Source of the DNA: the human T2T-CHM13v2.0 reference genome, Homo sapiens
Direction: 5' to 3' (one strand)
Length of the DNA: 64,000 nt
NCBI RefSeq assembly: GCF_009914755.1
Contig: NC_060948.1
Within the stretch, counting starts at the first letter, position 1. Each line of letters begins with the position of its first letter. The translations under genes were made by a program, and so were the position numbers. The notes under the pieces are model-generated. The model saw only the letters and a program-made list of their open reading frames with translations. It searched no databases and was not told the origin of the DNA. Positions 13,127 to 29,821 of this stretch are shown piece after piece.

Positions 13127-14681
13127 TTATATATCATAAATATTGCATGTTATGTGCTATGCCTTATATGTAACATATAACCTCATATATTTTATATGTC
13201 ATAGTATATAATATTTATCCTGTGTCATCTTATGTATACTATATATTACATAACATTTATAATATATAATACATATTATACATCTTATATATGAAAATAT
13301 ATTATTATAGATAACATAATATATAGTTATATGTAATATGATATATAACAAATATACTATATCATATATGATATATAATATATATATTTTAGTACATATT
13401 ATAATTTTTATATATTATTATTTATATAATGATATAATTTTTTCTAGAATATAAATAAATATATATGATTATATAATTATATATACTGTAAATGAAAACA
13501 TATGGAATTACATCTTTATGTAGTTATATGTATAATAATGTAATTATATATATAATTATATATATCACATAATAGACAACATATATAATATAAAATGTAT
13601 AATATATATTATACAATATATGATACATGATATATATGATATTTAATACATCATAATATAATCTATATTTTAATATTATGTATGTAACTTATATTATGTA
13701 ATATATAATATATATTATGTAATATAAAATAATATAATATATATTATATTATGATATTTTATGTAAAGTGTAATAAAACTATATAAGACATAATTTATAG
13801 TTATATATAATATATTTCATAGTTATATATATTATATTACATATTTACATAAAATATTATACAGTTATATATTATTTCACATACTTATATATAACATAAT
13901 ATAAAACATATATAATACATACATAAAATATATATTGTATACCATATATATAATGTATCATATATTGTATATTATATATCATATATTGTATATCATATAT
14001 CATATATTATATGTTATATATATCATATTCCGCATATTGTATATTATAAATTATATATAATATATGACATTCATTATATTACATGTAATAAATTATACAT
14101 TATAGGTAACATAGTATATATTATATATAACCAGTATATTCTATGTAAAATATATAATATACAACATATATGACATATAATTAATAACATAGTCATATAA
14201 TATATATTTAATATATATATTATACATACAACGTATTGTATATAATATATAATATAAATTATACAGGTCATAAAATATAATATATATATTATGTCATATT
14301 TTATATATAAAATTATATATTATTATATGTTGTTTTACACTATATATAACATAGACATAATATATATATTATATATAAGGTATATTATATATAACTTAGG
14401 TACACTATATATAATACTTATAATATATATTTTATATTTAATACGTATATTAACCATATAATATATTATATATGATATATAATATATATTATATATGTTA
14501 TAAAATATAATATATATTATATGTCATATTCTATAAATATAAAACTTATATATTATCAATTATTATATTATATACAATATATATAATATAAGATGCAGGA
14601 TGTAAAACAATATTATACATAGGTTATACATGTTATATATATGATACTGTATATTATTATATACATAATGTATACGTATGT

Positions 14682-14708
14682 TTGTGTGTGCCCTATTTCC
14701 CATCTCAT
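14682..14708 (+). repeat. Stub of an HSATI core in a unit that lost the core and Alu
   Basis: TTGTGTGTGCCCTATTTCCCATCTCAT joins directly to mid AT-rich sequence TATAATTTATATAATGATAT; ~1122 bp are missing relative to the next unit. Confidence 0.88.
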
Positions 14709-16535
14709 TATAATTTATATAATGATATAATTTTTTATAGAATATAAATAATTATGATTATATAATTCTATATATTATAAATGAAAATATATAGAATTAC
14801 ATGTTTATATAGTTATATGAATAATAATACAATTATATATATAGTTATATATATCACATAATAGACAACATGCATATTATATAATGCATAATATATATTA
14901 TAGAATATATGATACATGATATATATGATATTTAATATAACATAATATAATCTATATTTTAATAGTATGTATGTTACTTATATTGGGTGATATTGAATAT
15001 ATATTATGTAATATGAAATAATATAATATATTTTATATTATTATATTTTATGTAAATTATGTTATAAAAGTATATATAACATAAAATATAGTTATATATA
15101 ATATATTATATAGTTATATATATTATATTACATATTTACATAAAATATTATACAGTTATATATAATTTCAAATAGTTATATATAACAGAATATAAAACAT
15201 ATAGAATACATATCATAAAATATATATTGTATACCATATATATTACGTATCATATATTGTATGTTATATATCATATACTTTATATCATATATCATATATG
15301 TTATATATATCACATTCCACATATTGTATATTATAAATTATATATAATATATGACATTCATTATATTACATGTAATAAATTATACATTATAGGTAACATA
15401 GTATATATTATATATAACCGGTATATTCCATGTAAAATATCTAATATATAACATATGTGACATGTAATTAATAACATCGTCATATAATATATATTTAATA
15501 TAGGTATTACACATACAACGTAATATATATAATATATAATACATGTTACATATGTCATAAAATATAATATATATTATATGTCACATTTTATATATACAAT
15601 TATATATTATTATACGTTGGTTTATACTATATAAAACATAGACATAATATATATATTATGTATAATGGGTATTATATATAACAGATATATTATATATAAT
15701 ATATATAATGTATAATTTATATTTAATACGTATATTAACCGTATAATATATTCTATATATTATATATAACATATATTATATATGTCATAAATTATAATAT
15801 ATACTATATGTCATATTGTATAAATATAAAACTTATATATTATCAATTATTATATTTTACACAATATATATAATATAAGATGCAGGATGTAAAACAATAT
15901 TATATATAGGTTATATATATTATATATATGATACTGTATATTATTATATACATAATGTATACGTATGTTTGTGGGTGCCCTTTTTCCCATCTCATAACTT
16001 GTTTTAAGAAGCGCAGCCTAATAACGTGTGGGCTTGGGATTCAGTTCTTGAAACAAAACTCTGAGCCTTCAATGACCTTTCGGTCTATGTAAAAGCACTC
16101 CTGTCTTCCTGGCAGCAGTTGGACCTCACAATGTGGATTGTGCCCTCACCCAGCAATGTTTATGCCCTATCGCCATGGTGACGGAATTAGGGGTCTCCTG
16201 CTCTTCGTTCTAAGGACCACTGTCTGTGCTGTGTCTTTCAAAGGTCAGAAGAGATTGAACCTTTGTGGTTTCATTTTCCCTGAGTTTGCTTTTTCTCATG
16301 GGGAACCTGTGTTGCTGCTCTGAAGGTATATTCATACTGGCCTTTCAAAGGCCAACTCTTCAAATTACTAGTTAAGGCTTTCAAAATATGTTATTTAAAA
16401 AGTTATCCTCTGTATTTTCCATATGCAGTTATAAGTAGGTTTCATGGTTATGTTTTATTCCTCAGTTTATACATTTGATTATTGTACCAAGCAGAGTACC
16501 TTTGAAATTTTTTTTCATTTAAAAAATATGGATCT

Positions 16536-16827
16536 TGGCTCAGGCCTGTAATCCCAGCAAATTTGGAGGCCAAGGAAAGGGGATCACAAGGTGAAGAGAT
16601 CAAGACCATCCTGGCCAATACAGTGAAACGCTGTCACTACTAAAAATCCAAAAAATTAGCTAGGCATGGTGGCAGCTGCCGTAGTCCCAGTGTGGTGTAG
16701 TCCCAGCTACCTGGGAGGCTGAGGGAGGCCAATCGCTTGGACCCTTGAGGCAGATGTTGCAGTGAGCAAAGATGGCGCCATTGTACCCCACCCTGTGCAA
16801 CAGGACAAGATTCTGTCTAAAAAAAAA
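16536..16827 (+). mobile_element. Diverged Alu in DYZ2 unit
   Basis: Same dimeric Alu structure with A-tail. Confidence 0.9.
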
Positions 16828-18382
16828 TTTTATATGATATATATTACATGTTATGTGCTATGCCTTATATGTAACATATAACCTCATATATTTTATATGT
16901 CATAGCATATAATATTTATCCTGTGTCAGCTTATATATACTATATATATTACATAACATATATAATATATGATACAAATTATACATCTTATATATGAAAT
17001 TATATAATTATAGATAACATAATACACATTTATATGTATTATGATATATAACAAAGGTACTATATCATATATGATATATAATATATATATGTAGTACATA
17101 TTATAATTTTTATATATTATAATTTATATAATGATATAATTTTTTATAGAATATAAATAATTATATATGATTATATAATTCTATATATTATAAATGAAAA
17201 TATGTAGAATTACATGTTTATCTAGTTATATGTACAATAATATAATTATATATAGTTATATATATCACATAATAGACAACATACATATTATATAATGTAT
17301 AATATATATTATAGAATATATGATACATGATATATATGATAATTAATATAACATAATATAATCTATATTATACTATTATGTATGTTACTTATATTGGGTG
17401 ATATGTAATATATATTATGTAATATGAAATAATATAATATATATTATATTACGATATTTTATCTAAATTATGTTATAAAAGTATATATAACAATATATAG
17501 TTATATATAAAATATTATATAGTTATATATATTATATTACATATTTACATAAAATATTATACAGTTATATATAATTTCAAATAGTTATATATAACAGAAT
17601 ATAAAACATATAGAATACATATCATAAAATATATATTGTATACCATATATATAAGGTATCATATATTGTATGTTATATATCATAAACTGTATATCATATA
17701 TCATATATTATATGTTATATATATCACATTCCACATATTGTATATTATAAATTATACATAATATATTGCATTCTTTATTTTACATGTAATAAATTATACA
17801 TTATAGGTAACATAGTATATATTATATATAACCGGTATATTCTATGTAAAATATATAATATATAACATATGTGACATGTAATTAATAACATAGTCATATA
17901 TTATATATTTAATATAGGTATTATACATACAACGTATTATATATAATATATAATATATATTACATATGTCATAAAATATAATATATATTATATGTCGCAT
18001 TTTATATATACAATTATATATTATTATATGTTGTTTTATGCTATATATAACATAGACATAATATATATATTATGCATAATGGGTATTATATATAACAGAT
18101 ATATTATATATAATATATATAAAGTATAATTTATATTTAATACGTATATTAACCGTATAATATATTCTATATATGATATATAACATATATTATATATGTC
18201 ATAAATTATAATATATACTATATGTCATATTGTATAAATATAAAACTTATATATTATCAATTATTATATTTTATACAATATATATAACATAAGATGCAGG
18301 ATGTAAAACAATATTATACATAGGTTATATATATTATATATATGATACTGTATATTATTATATACATAATGTATACGTATGT
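16828..18382 (+). repeat. AT-rich low-complexity tract of a DYZ2 unit (example; one per unit)
   Basis: ~1.55 kb of almost pure A/T (TATA/ATAAT/ATATT) starting at the Alu A-tail and conserved base-for-base between most units. Confidence 0.9.
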
Positions 18383-18948
18383 TTGTGGGTGCCCTTTTTC
18401 CCATCTCATAACTTGTTTTAAGAAGCGCAGCCTAATAACGTGTGGGCTTGGGATTCAGTTCTTGAAACAAAACTCTGAGCCTTCAATGACCTTTCGGTCT
18501 ATGTAAAAGCACTCCTGTCTTCCTGGCAGCAGTTGGACCTCACAATGTTGATTGTGCCCTCACCCAGCAATGTTTATGCCCTATCGCCATGGTGACGGAA
18601 TTAGGGGTCTCCTACTCTTCGTCCTAACGACCACTGTCTCTGCTGTGTCCTTCAAAGGTCAGAAGAGATTGAACCTTTGTGGTTTTATTTTCCCTGAGTT
18701 TGCTTTTTCTCATGGGGAACCTGTGTTGCTGCTTTGAAGGTATATTCATACTGGCCTTTCAAATGCCAACTCTTCAAATTACTAGTTAAGGCTTTCAAAA
18801 TATGTTATTTAAAAAATTATCCTCTGTATTTTCCATATGCAGTTATAAGTTGGTTTCATGGTTATGTTTATTCCTCAGTTTATACATTTGATTATTGTAC
18901 CAAGCAGATTATCTTTGAAATTTTTTTTCATTTAAAAAATATGGATCT

Positions 18949-19240
<292 letters not shown>

Positions 19241-21366
19241 TTATATATGATATATATTACATGTTATGTGCTATGCCTTATATGTAACATATAACCTCAT
19301 ATATTTTATAGGTCATAGTATATAATATTTATGCTGTGTCAGCTTATATATACTGTATATATTACATAACATATATAATATATAATACATATTATACATC
19401 TTATATTTGAAATTATATAATTATAGATAACATAATACACATTTATATGTATTATGATATATAACAAAGGTACTATATCATATATGATATATAATATATA
19501 TATTTGTAATACATATTATAATTTTTATATATCATAATTTATATAATGATATAATTTTTTATGGAATATAAATAATTATATATGATTATATAATTCTATA
19601 TATTATAAATGAAAATATGTAGAATTACATGTTTATCTAGTTATATGTATAATAATATAATTATATATATAGTTATATATATCACAGAATAGACAACATA
19701 CATATTATATAATGTGTAATATATATTATAGAATATATGGTACATGATATATATGATATTTAATATAACATAATATAATCTATATTATAATATTATATAT
19801 GTTACTTATATTGGGTGATATGTAATATATATTATGTAATATGAAATAATATAATATATATTATATTATGATATTTTATGTAAATTATGTTATAAAAGTA
19901 CATATAACATAATATATAGTTATATATAATATATTATATAGTTATATATATTATATTACATATTTACATAAAATATTATACAGTTATATATAATTTCAAA
20001 TAGTTATATATAACAGAATATAAAACATATAGAATACATATCATAAAATATATATTGTATACCATATATATTAGGTATCATATATTGTATGTTATATATC
20101 ATATACTGTATATCCTATAACATATATTATATTTTATATATATCACATTCCACATATTGTATATTATAAATTATACATAATATATTGCATTCTTTATTTT
20201 ACATGTAATAAATTATACATTGTAGGTAACATAGTATATATTGTATGTAACCGATATATTCTATGTAAAATGTATAATATATAACACATGTGACATGTAA
20301 TTAATAACATAGTCATATAATATATATTTAATATAGGTATTATACATACAACGTATTATATATAATATATAATATATATTACATATGTCATAAAATATAA
20401 TATATATTATATGTCGCATTTTATATATACAATTATATATTATTATATGTTGTTTTATACTATATATAACATAGACATAATATATATATTATGCATAATG
20501 GGTATTATATATAACAGATATATTATATATAATATATATAATGTATAATTTATATTTAATACGTATATTAACCGTATAATATATTCTATATATGATATAT
20601 AACATATATTATATATGTCATAAATTATAATATATACTATATGTCATATTGTATAAATATAAAACATATATTATCAATTATTATATTTTATACAATATAT
20701 ATATTATAAGATGTAGGATGTAAAACAATATTATACATAGGTTATATATATTATATATATGATACTGTATATTATTATATACATAATGTATACGTATGTT
20801 TGTGGGTGCCCTTTTTCCAATCTCATAACTTGTTTTAAGAAGCGCAGCCTAATAACGTGTGGGCTTGGGATTCAGTTCTTGAAACAAAACTCTGAGCCTT
20901 CAATGACCTTTCGGTCTATATAAAAGCACTCCTGTCTTCCTGGCAGCAGTTGGACCTCACAATGTGGATTGTGCCCTCACCCAGCAATGTTTATGCCCTA
21001 TCGCCATGGTGACGGAATTAGGGGTCTCCTGCTCTTCGTCCTAAGGACCACTGTCTGTGCTGTGTCTTTCAAAGGTCAGAAGAGATTGAACCTTTGTGTT
21101 TTTATTTTCCCTGTGTTTGCTTTTTCTCATGGGGAACCTGTGTTGCTGCTTTGAAGGTATATTCATACTGGCCTTTCAAATGCCAACTCTTCAAATTACT
21201 AGTTAAGGCTTTCAAAATATGTTATTTAAAAAATTATCCTCTGTATTTTCCATATGCAGTTATAAGTAGGTTTCATGGTTATGTTTTATTCCTCAGTTTA
21301 TACATTTGATTATTGTACCAAGCAGAGTACCTTTGAAATTTTTTTTCATTTAAAAAATATGGATCT

Positions 21367-21681
<315 letters not shown>

Positions 21682-23789
21682 TTATGTGCTATGCCTTATA
21701 TGTAACATATAACCTCATATATTTTATATGTCATAGTATATAATATTTATCCTGTGTCATCTTATATATACTATATATATTACATAACATATATAATATA
21801 TGATACATATTATACATCTTATATATGAAATTATATAATTATAGATAACATAATACACATTTATATGTATTATGATATATAACAAAGGTACTATATCATA
21901 TATGATATATAATATATATATATTTGTAGTACATATTATAATTTTTATATATTATAATTTATATAATGATAAAATTTTTTATAGAATATTAATAATTATA
22001 TATGATTATATAATTCTACATATTATAAATGAAAATATGTAGAATTACATGTTTATCTAGTTATATGTATAAAAATATAATTATATATATAGTTATATAT
22101 ATCACATAATAGACAACATACATATTATATAATGTGTAATATATATTATAGAATATATGATACATGATATATATGATATTTAATATAACATAATATAATC
22201 TATATTATAATATTATGTATGTTAGTTATATTGGGTGATATGTAATATATATTATGTAATATGAAATATTATAATATATATTATATTATGATATTTTATG
22301 TAAATTATGTTATAAAAGTATATATAACATAATATATAGTTATATATAATATATTATATAGTTATATATATTATATTACATATTTACATAAAATATTATA
22401 CAGTTATTTATAATTTCAAATAGTTATATATAACAGAATATAAAACATATAGAATACATATCATAAAATATATATTGTATACCATATATATTAGGAATCA
22501 TATATTGTATGTTATATATCATATACTGTATATCATATATCATATATTATATGTTACATATATCACATTCCACATATTTTATATTATAAATTATACATAA
22601 TATATTGCATTCTTTATTTTACATGTAATAAATTATACATTATAGGTAACATAGTATATATTGTATGTCACCGGTATATTCTACGTAAAATATATAATAT
22701 ATAACACATGTGACATGTAATTAATAACATAGTCATATAATATATATTTAATATAGGTATTATACATACAACGTATTATATATAATATATAATATATATT
22801 ACATATGTTATAAAATATAATATATATTATATGTCGCATTTTATATATACAATTATATATTATTATATGTTGTTTTATACTATATATAACATAGACATAA
22901 TATATATATTATGCATAATGGGTATTATATATAACAGATATATTATATATAATATATATAATGTATAATTTATATTTAATACGTATATTAACCGTATAAT
23001 ATATTCTATATATGATATATAACATATATTATATATGTCATAAATTATAATATATACCATATGTCATATTGTATAAATATAAAACTTATATATTATCAAA
23101 TATTATATTTTATACAATATATATAGTATAAGATGCAGGATGTAAAACAATATTATACATAGGTTATATATATTATATATATGATACTGTATATTATTAT
23201 ATACATAATGTATACGTATGTTTGTGGGTGCCCTTTTTCCCATCTCATAACTTGTTTTAAGAAGCGCAGCCTAATAACGTGTGGGCTTGGGATTCAGTTC
23301 TTGAAACAAAACTCTGAGCCTTCAATGACCTTTTGGTCTATGTAAAAGGACTCCTGTCTTCCTGACAGCAGTTGGACCTCACAATGTGGATTGTGCCCTC
23401 ACCCAGCAAGGTTTATGCCCTATCGCCATGGTGACGGAATTAGGGGGTCTCCTGCTCTTCGTCCGAAGGACCACTGTCTGTGCTGTGTCTTTCAAAGGTC
23501 CGAAGAGATTGAACCTTTGTGGTTTTATTTTCCCTGAGTTTGCTTTTTCTCATGGGGAACCTGTGTTGCTGCTTTGAAGGTATATTCATACTGGCCTTTC
23601 AAATGCCAACTCTTCAAATTACTAGTTAAGGCTTTCAAAATATGTTATTTAAAAAATTATCCTCTGTATTTTCCATATGCATTTATAAGTAGGTTTCATG
23701 GTTATGTTTTATTCCTCAGTTTATACATTTGATTATTGTACCAAGCAGAGTACCTTTGAAATTTTTTTTCATTTAAAAAATATGGATCT

Positions 23790-24104
<315 letters not shown>

Positions 24105-24970
24105 TTATGTGCTATGCCTTATATGTAACATATAATCTCATATATTTTATATGTCATAGTATATAATATTTATCCTGTGTCATCTTATATATACTATATA
24201 TATTACATAACATATATAATATATGATACATATTATACATCTTATATATGAAATTATATAATTATAGATAACATAATACACATTTATATGTATTATGATA
24301 TATAACAAAGGTAGTATATCATATATGATATGTAATATATCTATTTGTAGTACATATTATAATTTTTATATATTATAATTTATATAATGATATAATTCTT
24401 TATAGAATATAAATAATTATATATGATTATATAATTCTATATATTATAAATGAAAATATGTAGAATTACATGTTTATCTAGTTATATGTATAATAATATA
24501 ATTATATATATAGTTATATATATCACAGAATAGACAACATACATATTATATAATGTATAATATATATTATAGAATATATGATACATGATATATATGATAT
24601 TTAATATAACATAATATAATCTATATTATAATATTATGTATGTTACTTATATTGGGTGATATGTAATATATATTATGTAATATGAAATAGTATAATATAT
24701 ATTATATTGTGATATTTTATGTAAATTATTTTATAAAAGTATATATAACATAATATACAGTTATATATAATATATTATATAGTTATATATATTATATTAC
24801 ATATTTACATAAAATATTATACAGTTGTATATAATTTCAAATAGTTATATATAACAGAATATAAAACATATAGAATACATATCATAAAATATATTTTGCA
24901 TACCATATATATTAGGTATCATATATTGTATGATATATATCATATACTGTATATCATATATCATATATTA

Positions 24971-24972
24971 TA
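24971..24972. other. Orientation-switch (inversion) junction within the DYZ2 array
   Basis: ...TCATATATTA[TA]CAGGCCTGAGCC...: the left side is + strand AT tract (normally continues TGTT), the right side is the - strand Alu 5' end (normally preceded by GGGAT); 2-bp TA overlap. Confidence 0.93.
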
Positions 24973-24985
24973 CAGGCCTGAGCCA
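24971..24985 (-). mobile_element. 15-bp remnant of an Alu 5' end cut by the inversion junction
   Basis: TACAGGCCTGAGCCA is the reverse complement of TGGCTCAGGCCTGTA. Confidence 0.8.
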
Positions 24986-25552
24986 AGATCCATATTTTTT
25001 AAATGAAAAAAAATTTCAAAGGTACTCTGCTTGGTACAATAATCAAATGTATAAACTGAGGAATAAAACATAACCATAAAACCCACTGATAACTGCATAT
25101 GGCAAATACAGAGGATAATTTTTTAAATAACATATTTTGAAAGCCTTAACTAGTAATTTGAAGAGTTGGCATTTGAAAGGCCAGTATGAATATACCTTCA
25201 AAGCAGCAACACAGGTTCCCCATGAGAAAAAGCAAACTCAGGGAAAATAAAACCACAAAGGTTCAATCTCTTCTGACCTTTGAAAGACACAGCACAGACA
25301 GTGGTCGTTAGGACGAAGAGCAGGAGACCCCTAATTCCGTCACCATGGCGATAGGGCATAAACATTGCTGGGTGAGGGCACAATCCACATTGTGAGGTCC
25401 AACTGCTGCCAGGAAGACAGGAGTGCTTTTACATAGACCGAAAGGTCATTGAAGGCTCAGAGTTTTGTTTCAAGAACTGAATCCCAAGCCCACACGTTAT
25501 TAGGCTGCGCTTCTTAAAACAAGTTATGAGATGGGAAAAAGGGCACCCACAA
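24986..25552 (-). repeat. HSATI core, first - strand copy
   Basis: Reverse complement of the core at ~23222-23789. Confidence 0.8.
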
Positions 25553-27086
25553 ACATACGTATACATTATGTATATAATAATATACAGTATCATATATATA
25601 ATATATATAACCTATGTATAATATTGTTTTACATCCTGCATCTTATGTTATATATATTGTATAAAATATAATAATTGATAATATATAAGTTTTATATTTA
25701 TACAATATGACATATAGTATATATTATAAATTATGACATATATAATATATGTTATATATCATATATAGAATATATTATACGGTTAATATACGTATTAAAT
25801 ATAAATTATACATTCTATATACTATATATAATATATCTGTTATATATAATACCCATTATGCATAATATATATATTATGTCTATGTTATATATAGTATAAA
25901 ACAACATATAATAATATATAATTGTATATATAAAATGGACAAATAATATATATTATATGTTATAACATATGTAATATATATTATATATTATTTATAATAC
26001 GTTGTATGTATAATACCTATATTAAATATATATTATAGGACTATGTTATTAATTACATGTCACATGTGTTATATATTATATATTTTACATAGAATATACG
26101 GGTACATACAATATATACTATGTTACCTTTAATGTATAATTTATTACATGTAAAATAAAGAATGCAACATATTATGTATAATTTATAATATACAATATGT
26201 GGAATGTGATATATATAACATATAATATATGATATATGATATACAGTATATGATATATAACATACAATATATGATACCTAATATATATGGTATACAATAT
26301 ATATTTTATGATATGTATCCTATATGTTTTATATTCTGTTGTATATAACTATTTGAAATTATATATAACTGTAAAATATTTTATGTAAATATGTAATATA
26401 ATATATATAACTATATAATATATTATATATAACTATATATTATGTTATATATACTTTTATAACATAATTTACATGAACTATCATAATATAATATATAGTA
26501 TATTATTTCATATTACATAATATATATTACATATCACCCAATATAAGTAACATACATAATATTATAATATAGATTATATTATGTTATATTAAATATCATA
26601 TATATCATGTATCATATATTCTATAATATATATTATACATTATATAATATGTATGTTGTCTATTATGTGATATATATAAGTATATATATAATTATATTAT
26701 TATACATATAACTAGATAAACATGTAATTCTACATATTTTCATTTATAATATATAGAATTATATAATCATATATAATTATTTATATTCTATAAAAATTAT
26801 ATCATTATATAAATTATAATATATAAAAATTATAATATGTACTACAAATATATATATTATATATCATATATGATATAGTACCTTTGTTATATATCATAAT
26901 ACATATAATATATATTATGTTATCTATAATTATATAATTTCATATATAAGATGTTTAATATGTATTATATATTATATATGTTATGTAATATATATAGTAT
27001 ATATAAGCTGACACAGCATAAATATTATATACAATGACATATAAAATATATGAGGTTATATGTTACATATAAGGCATAGCACATAA

Positions 27087-27401
<315 letters not shown>

Positions 27402-29506
27402 AGATCCATATTTTTTAAATGAAAAAAAATTTCAAAGGTACTCTGCTTGGTACAATAATCAAATGTATAAACTGAGGAATAAAACATAACCATGAAACCT
27501 ACTGATAACTGCATATGGAAAATACAGAGGATAATTTTTTAAATAACATATTTTGAAAGCCTTAACTAGTAATTTGAAGAGTTGGCATTTGAAAGGCCAG
27601 TATGAATATACCTTCAAAGCAGCAACACAGGTTCCCCATGAGAAAAAGAAAACTCAGGGAAAATAAAACCACAAAGGTTCAATCTCTTCTGACCTTTGAA
27701 AGACACAGCACAGACAGTGGTCGTTAGGACGAAGAGCAGGAGAACCCTAATTCCGTCACCGTGGCGATAGGGCATAAACATTGCTGGGTGAGGGCACAAT
27801 CCACATTGTGAGGTCCAACTGCTGCCAGGAAGACAGGAGTGCTTTTACATAGACCGAAAGGTCATTGAAGGCTCAGAGTTTTGTTTCAAGAACTGAATCC
27901 CAAGCCCACACGTTATTAGGCTGCGCTTCTTAAAACAAGTTATGAGATGGGAAAAAGGGCACCCACAAACATACGTATACATTATGTATATAATAATATA
28001 CAGTATCATATATATAATATATATAACCTATGTATAATATTGTTTTACATCCTGCATCTTATGTTATATATATTGTATAAAATATAATAATTGATAATAT
28101 ATAAGTTTTATATTTATACAATATGACATATAGTATATATTATAATTTATGACATATATAATATATGTTATATATCATATATAGAATATATTATACGGTT
28201 AATATACGTATTAAATATAAATTATACATTATATATATTATATATAATATATCTGTTACATATAATACCCATTATGCATAATATATATATTATGTCTATG
28301 TTATATATAGTATAAAACAACATATAATAATATATAATTGTATATATAAAATGCGACATATAATATATATTATATTTTATAACATATATAATATATATTA
28401 TATATTATATATAATACGTTGTATGTAAAATACCTATATTAAATATATATTATATGACTATGTTATTAATTACATGTCACGTATGTTACATATTATATAT
28501 TTTACAAAGAATATACCGGTTACATACAATATATACTATGTTACCTATAATGTATAATTTATTACATGTAAAATAAAGAATGCAATATATTATGTATAAT
28601 TTATAATATACAATATGTGGAATGTGATATATATAACATATAATATATGATTTATGATATACAGTTTATGATATATAACATACAATATATGATACCTAAT
28701 TTATATGGTATACAATATGTATTTTATGATATGTATTCTATATGTTTTATATTCTGTTATATATAACTATTTGAAATTATATATAACTGTATAATATTTT
28801 ATGTAAATCTGTAATATAATATATATAACTATATAATATTTTATATATAACTATATATTATGTTATATATACTTTTATAACATAATTTACATAAAATATC
28901 GTAATATAATATATATTATATTATTTCATATTACATAACATATATTACATATCACCCAATATAAGTAACATACATAATATTATAATATAGATTATATTAT
29001 GTTATATTAAATATCATATATATCATGTATCATATATTCTGTAATATATATTATACATTATATAATATGTATGTTGTCTATTATGTGATATATATAACTA
29101 TATATATAATTATATTATTATACATATAACTAGATAAACATGTAATTGTACATATTTTCATTTATAATATATAGAATTATATAATCATGTATAATTATTT
29201 ATATTCTATAAAAAATTATATCATTATATAAATTATAATATATAAAAATTATAAGATGTACTACAAATATATATATTATATATCATATATGATATAGTAC
29301 CTTTGTTATATATCATAATACATATAAATGTGTATTATGTTATCTATAATTATATAATTTCATATATAAGATGTATATTCTGCATTATATATTATATATG
29401 TTATGTAATATATATAGAATATATAAGCTGACACAGCATAAATATTATATACTATGACATATAAAATATATGAGGTTATATGTTACATATAAGGCATAGC
29501 ACATAA

Positions 29507-29821
<315 letters not shown>

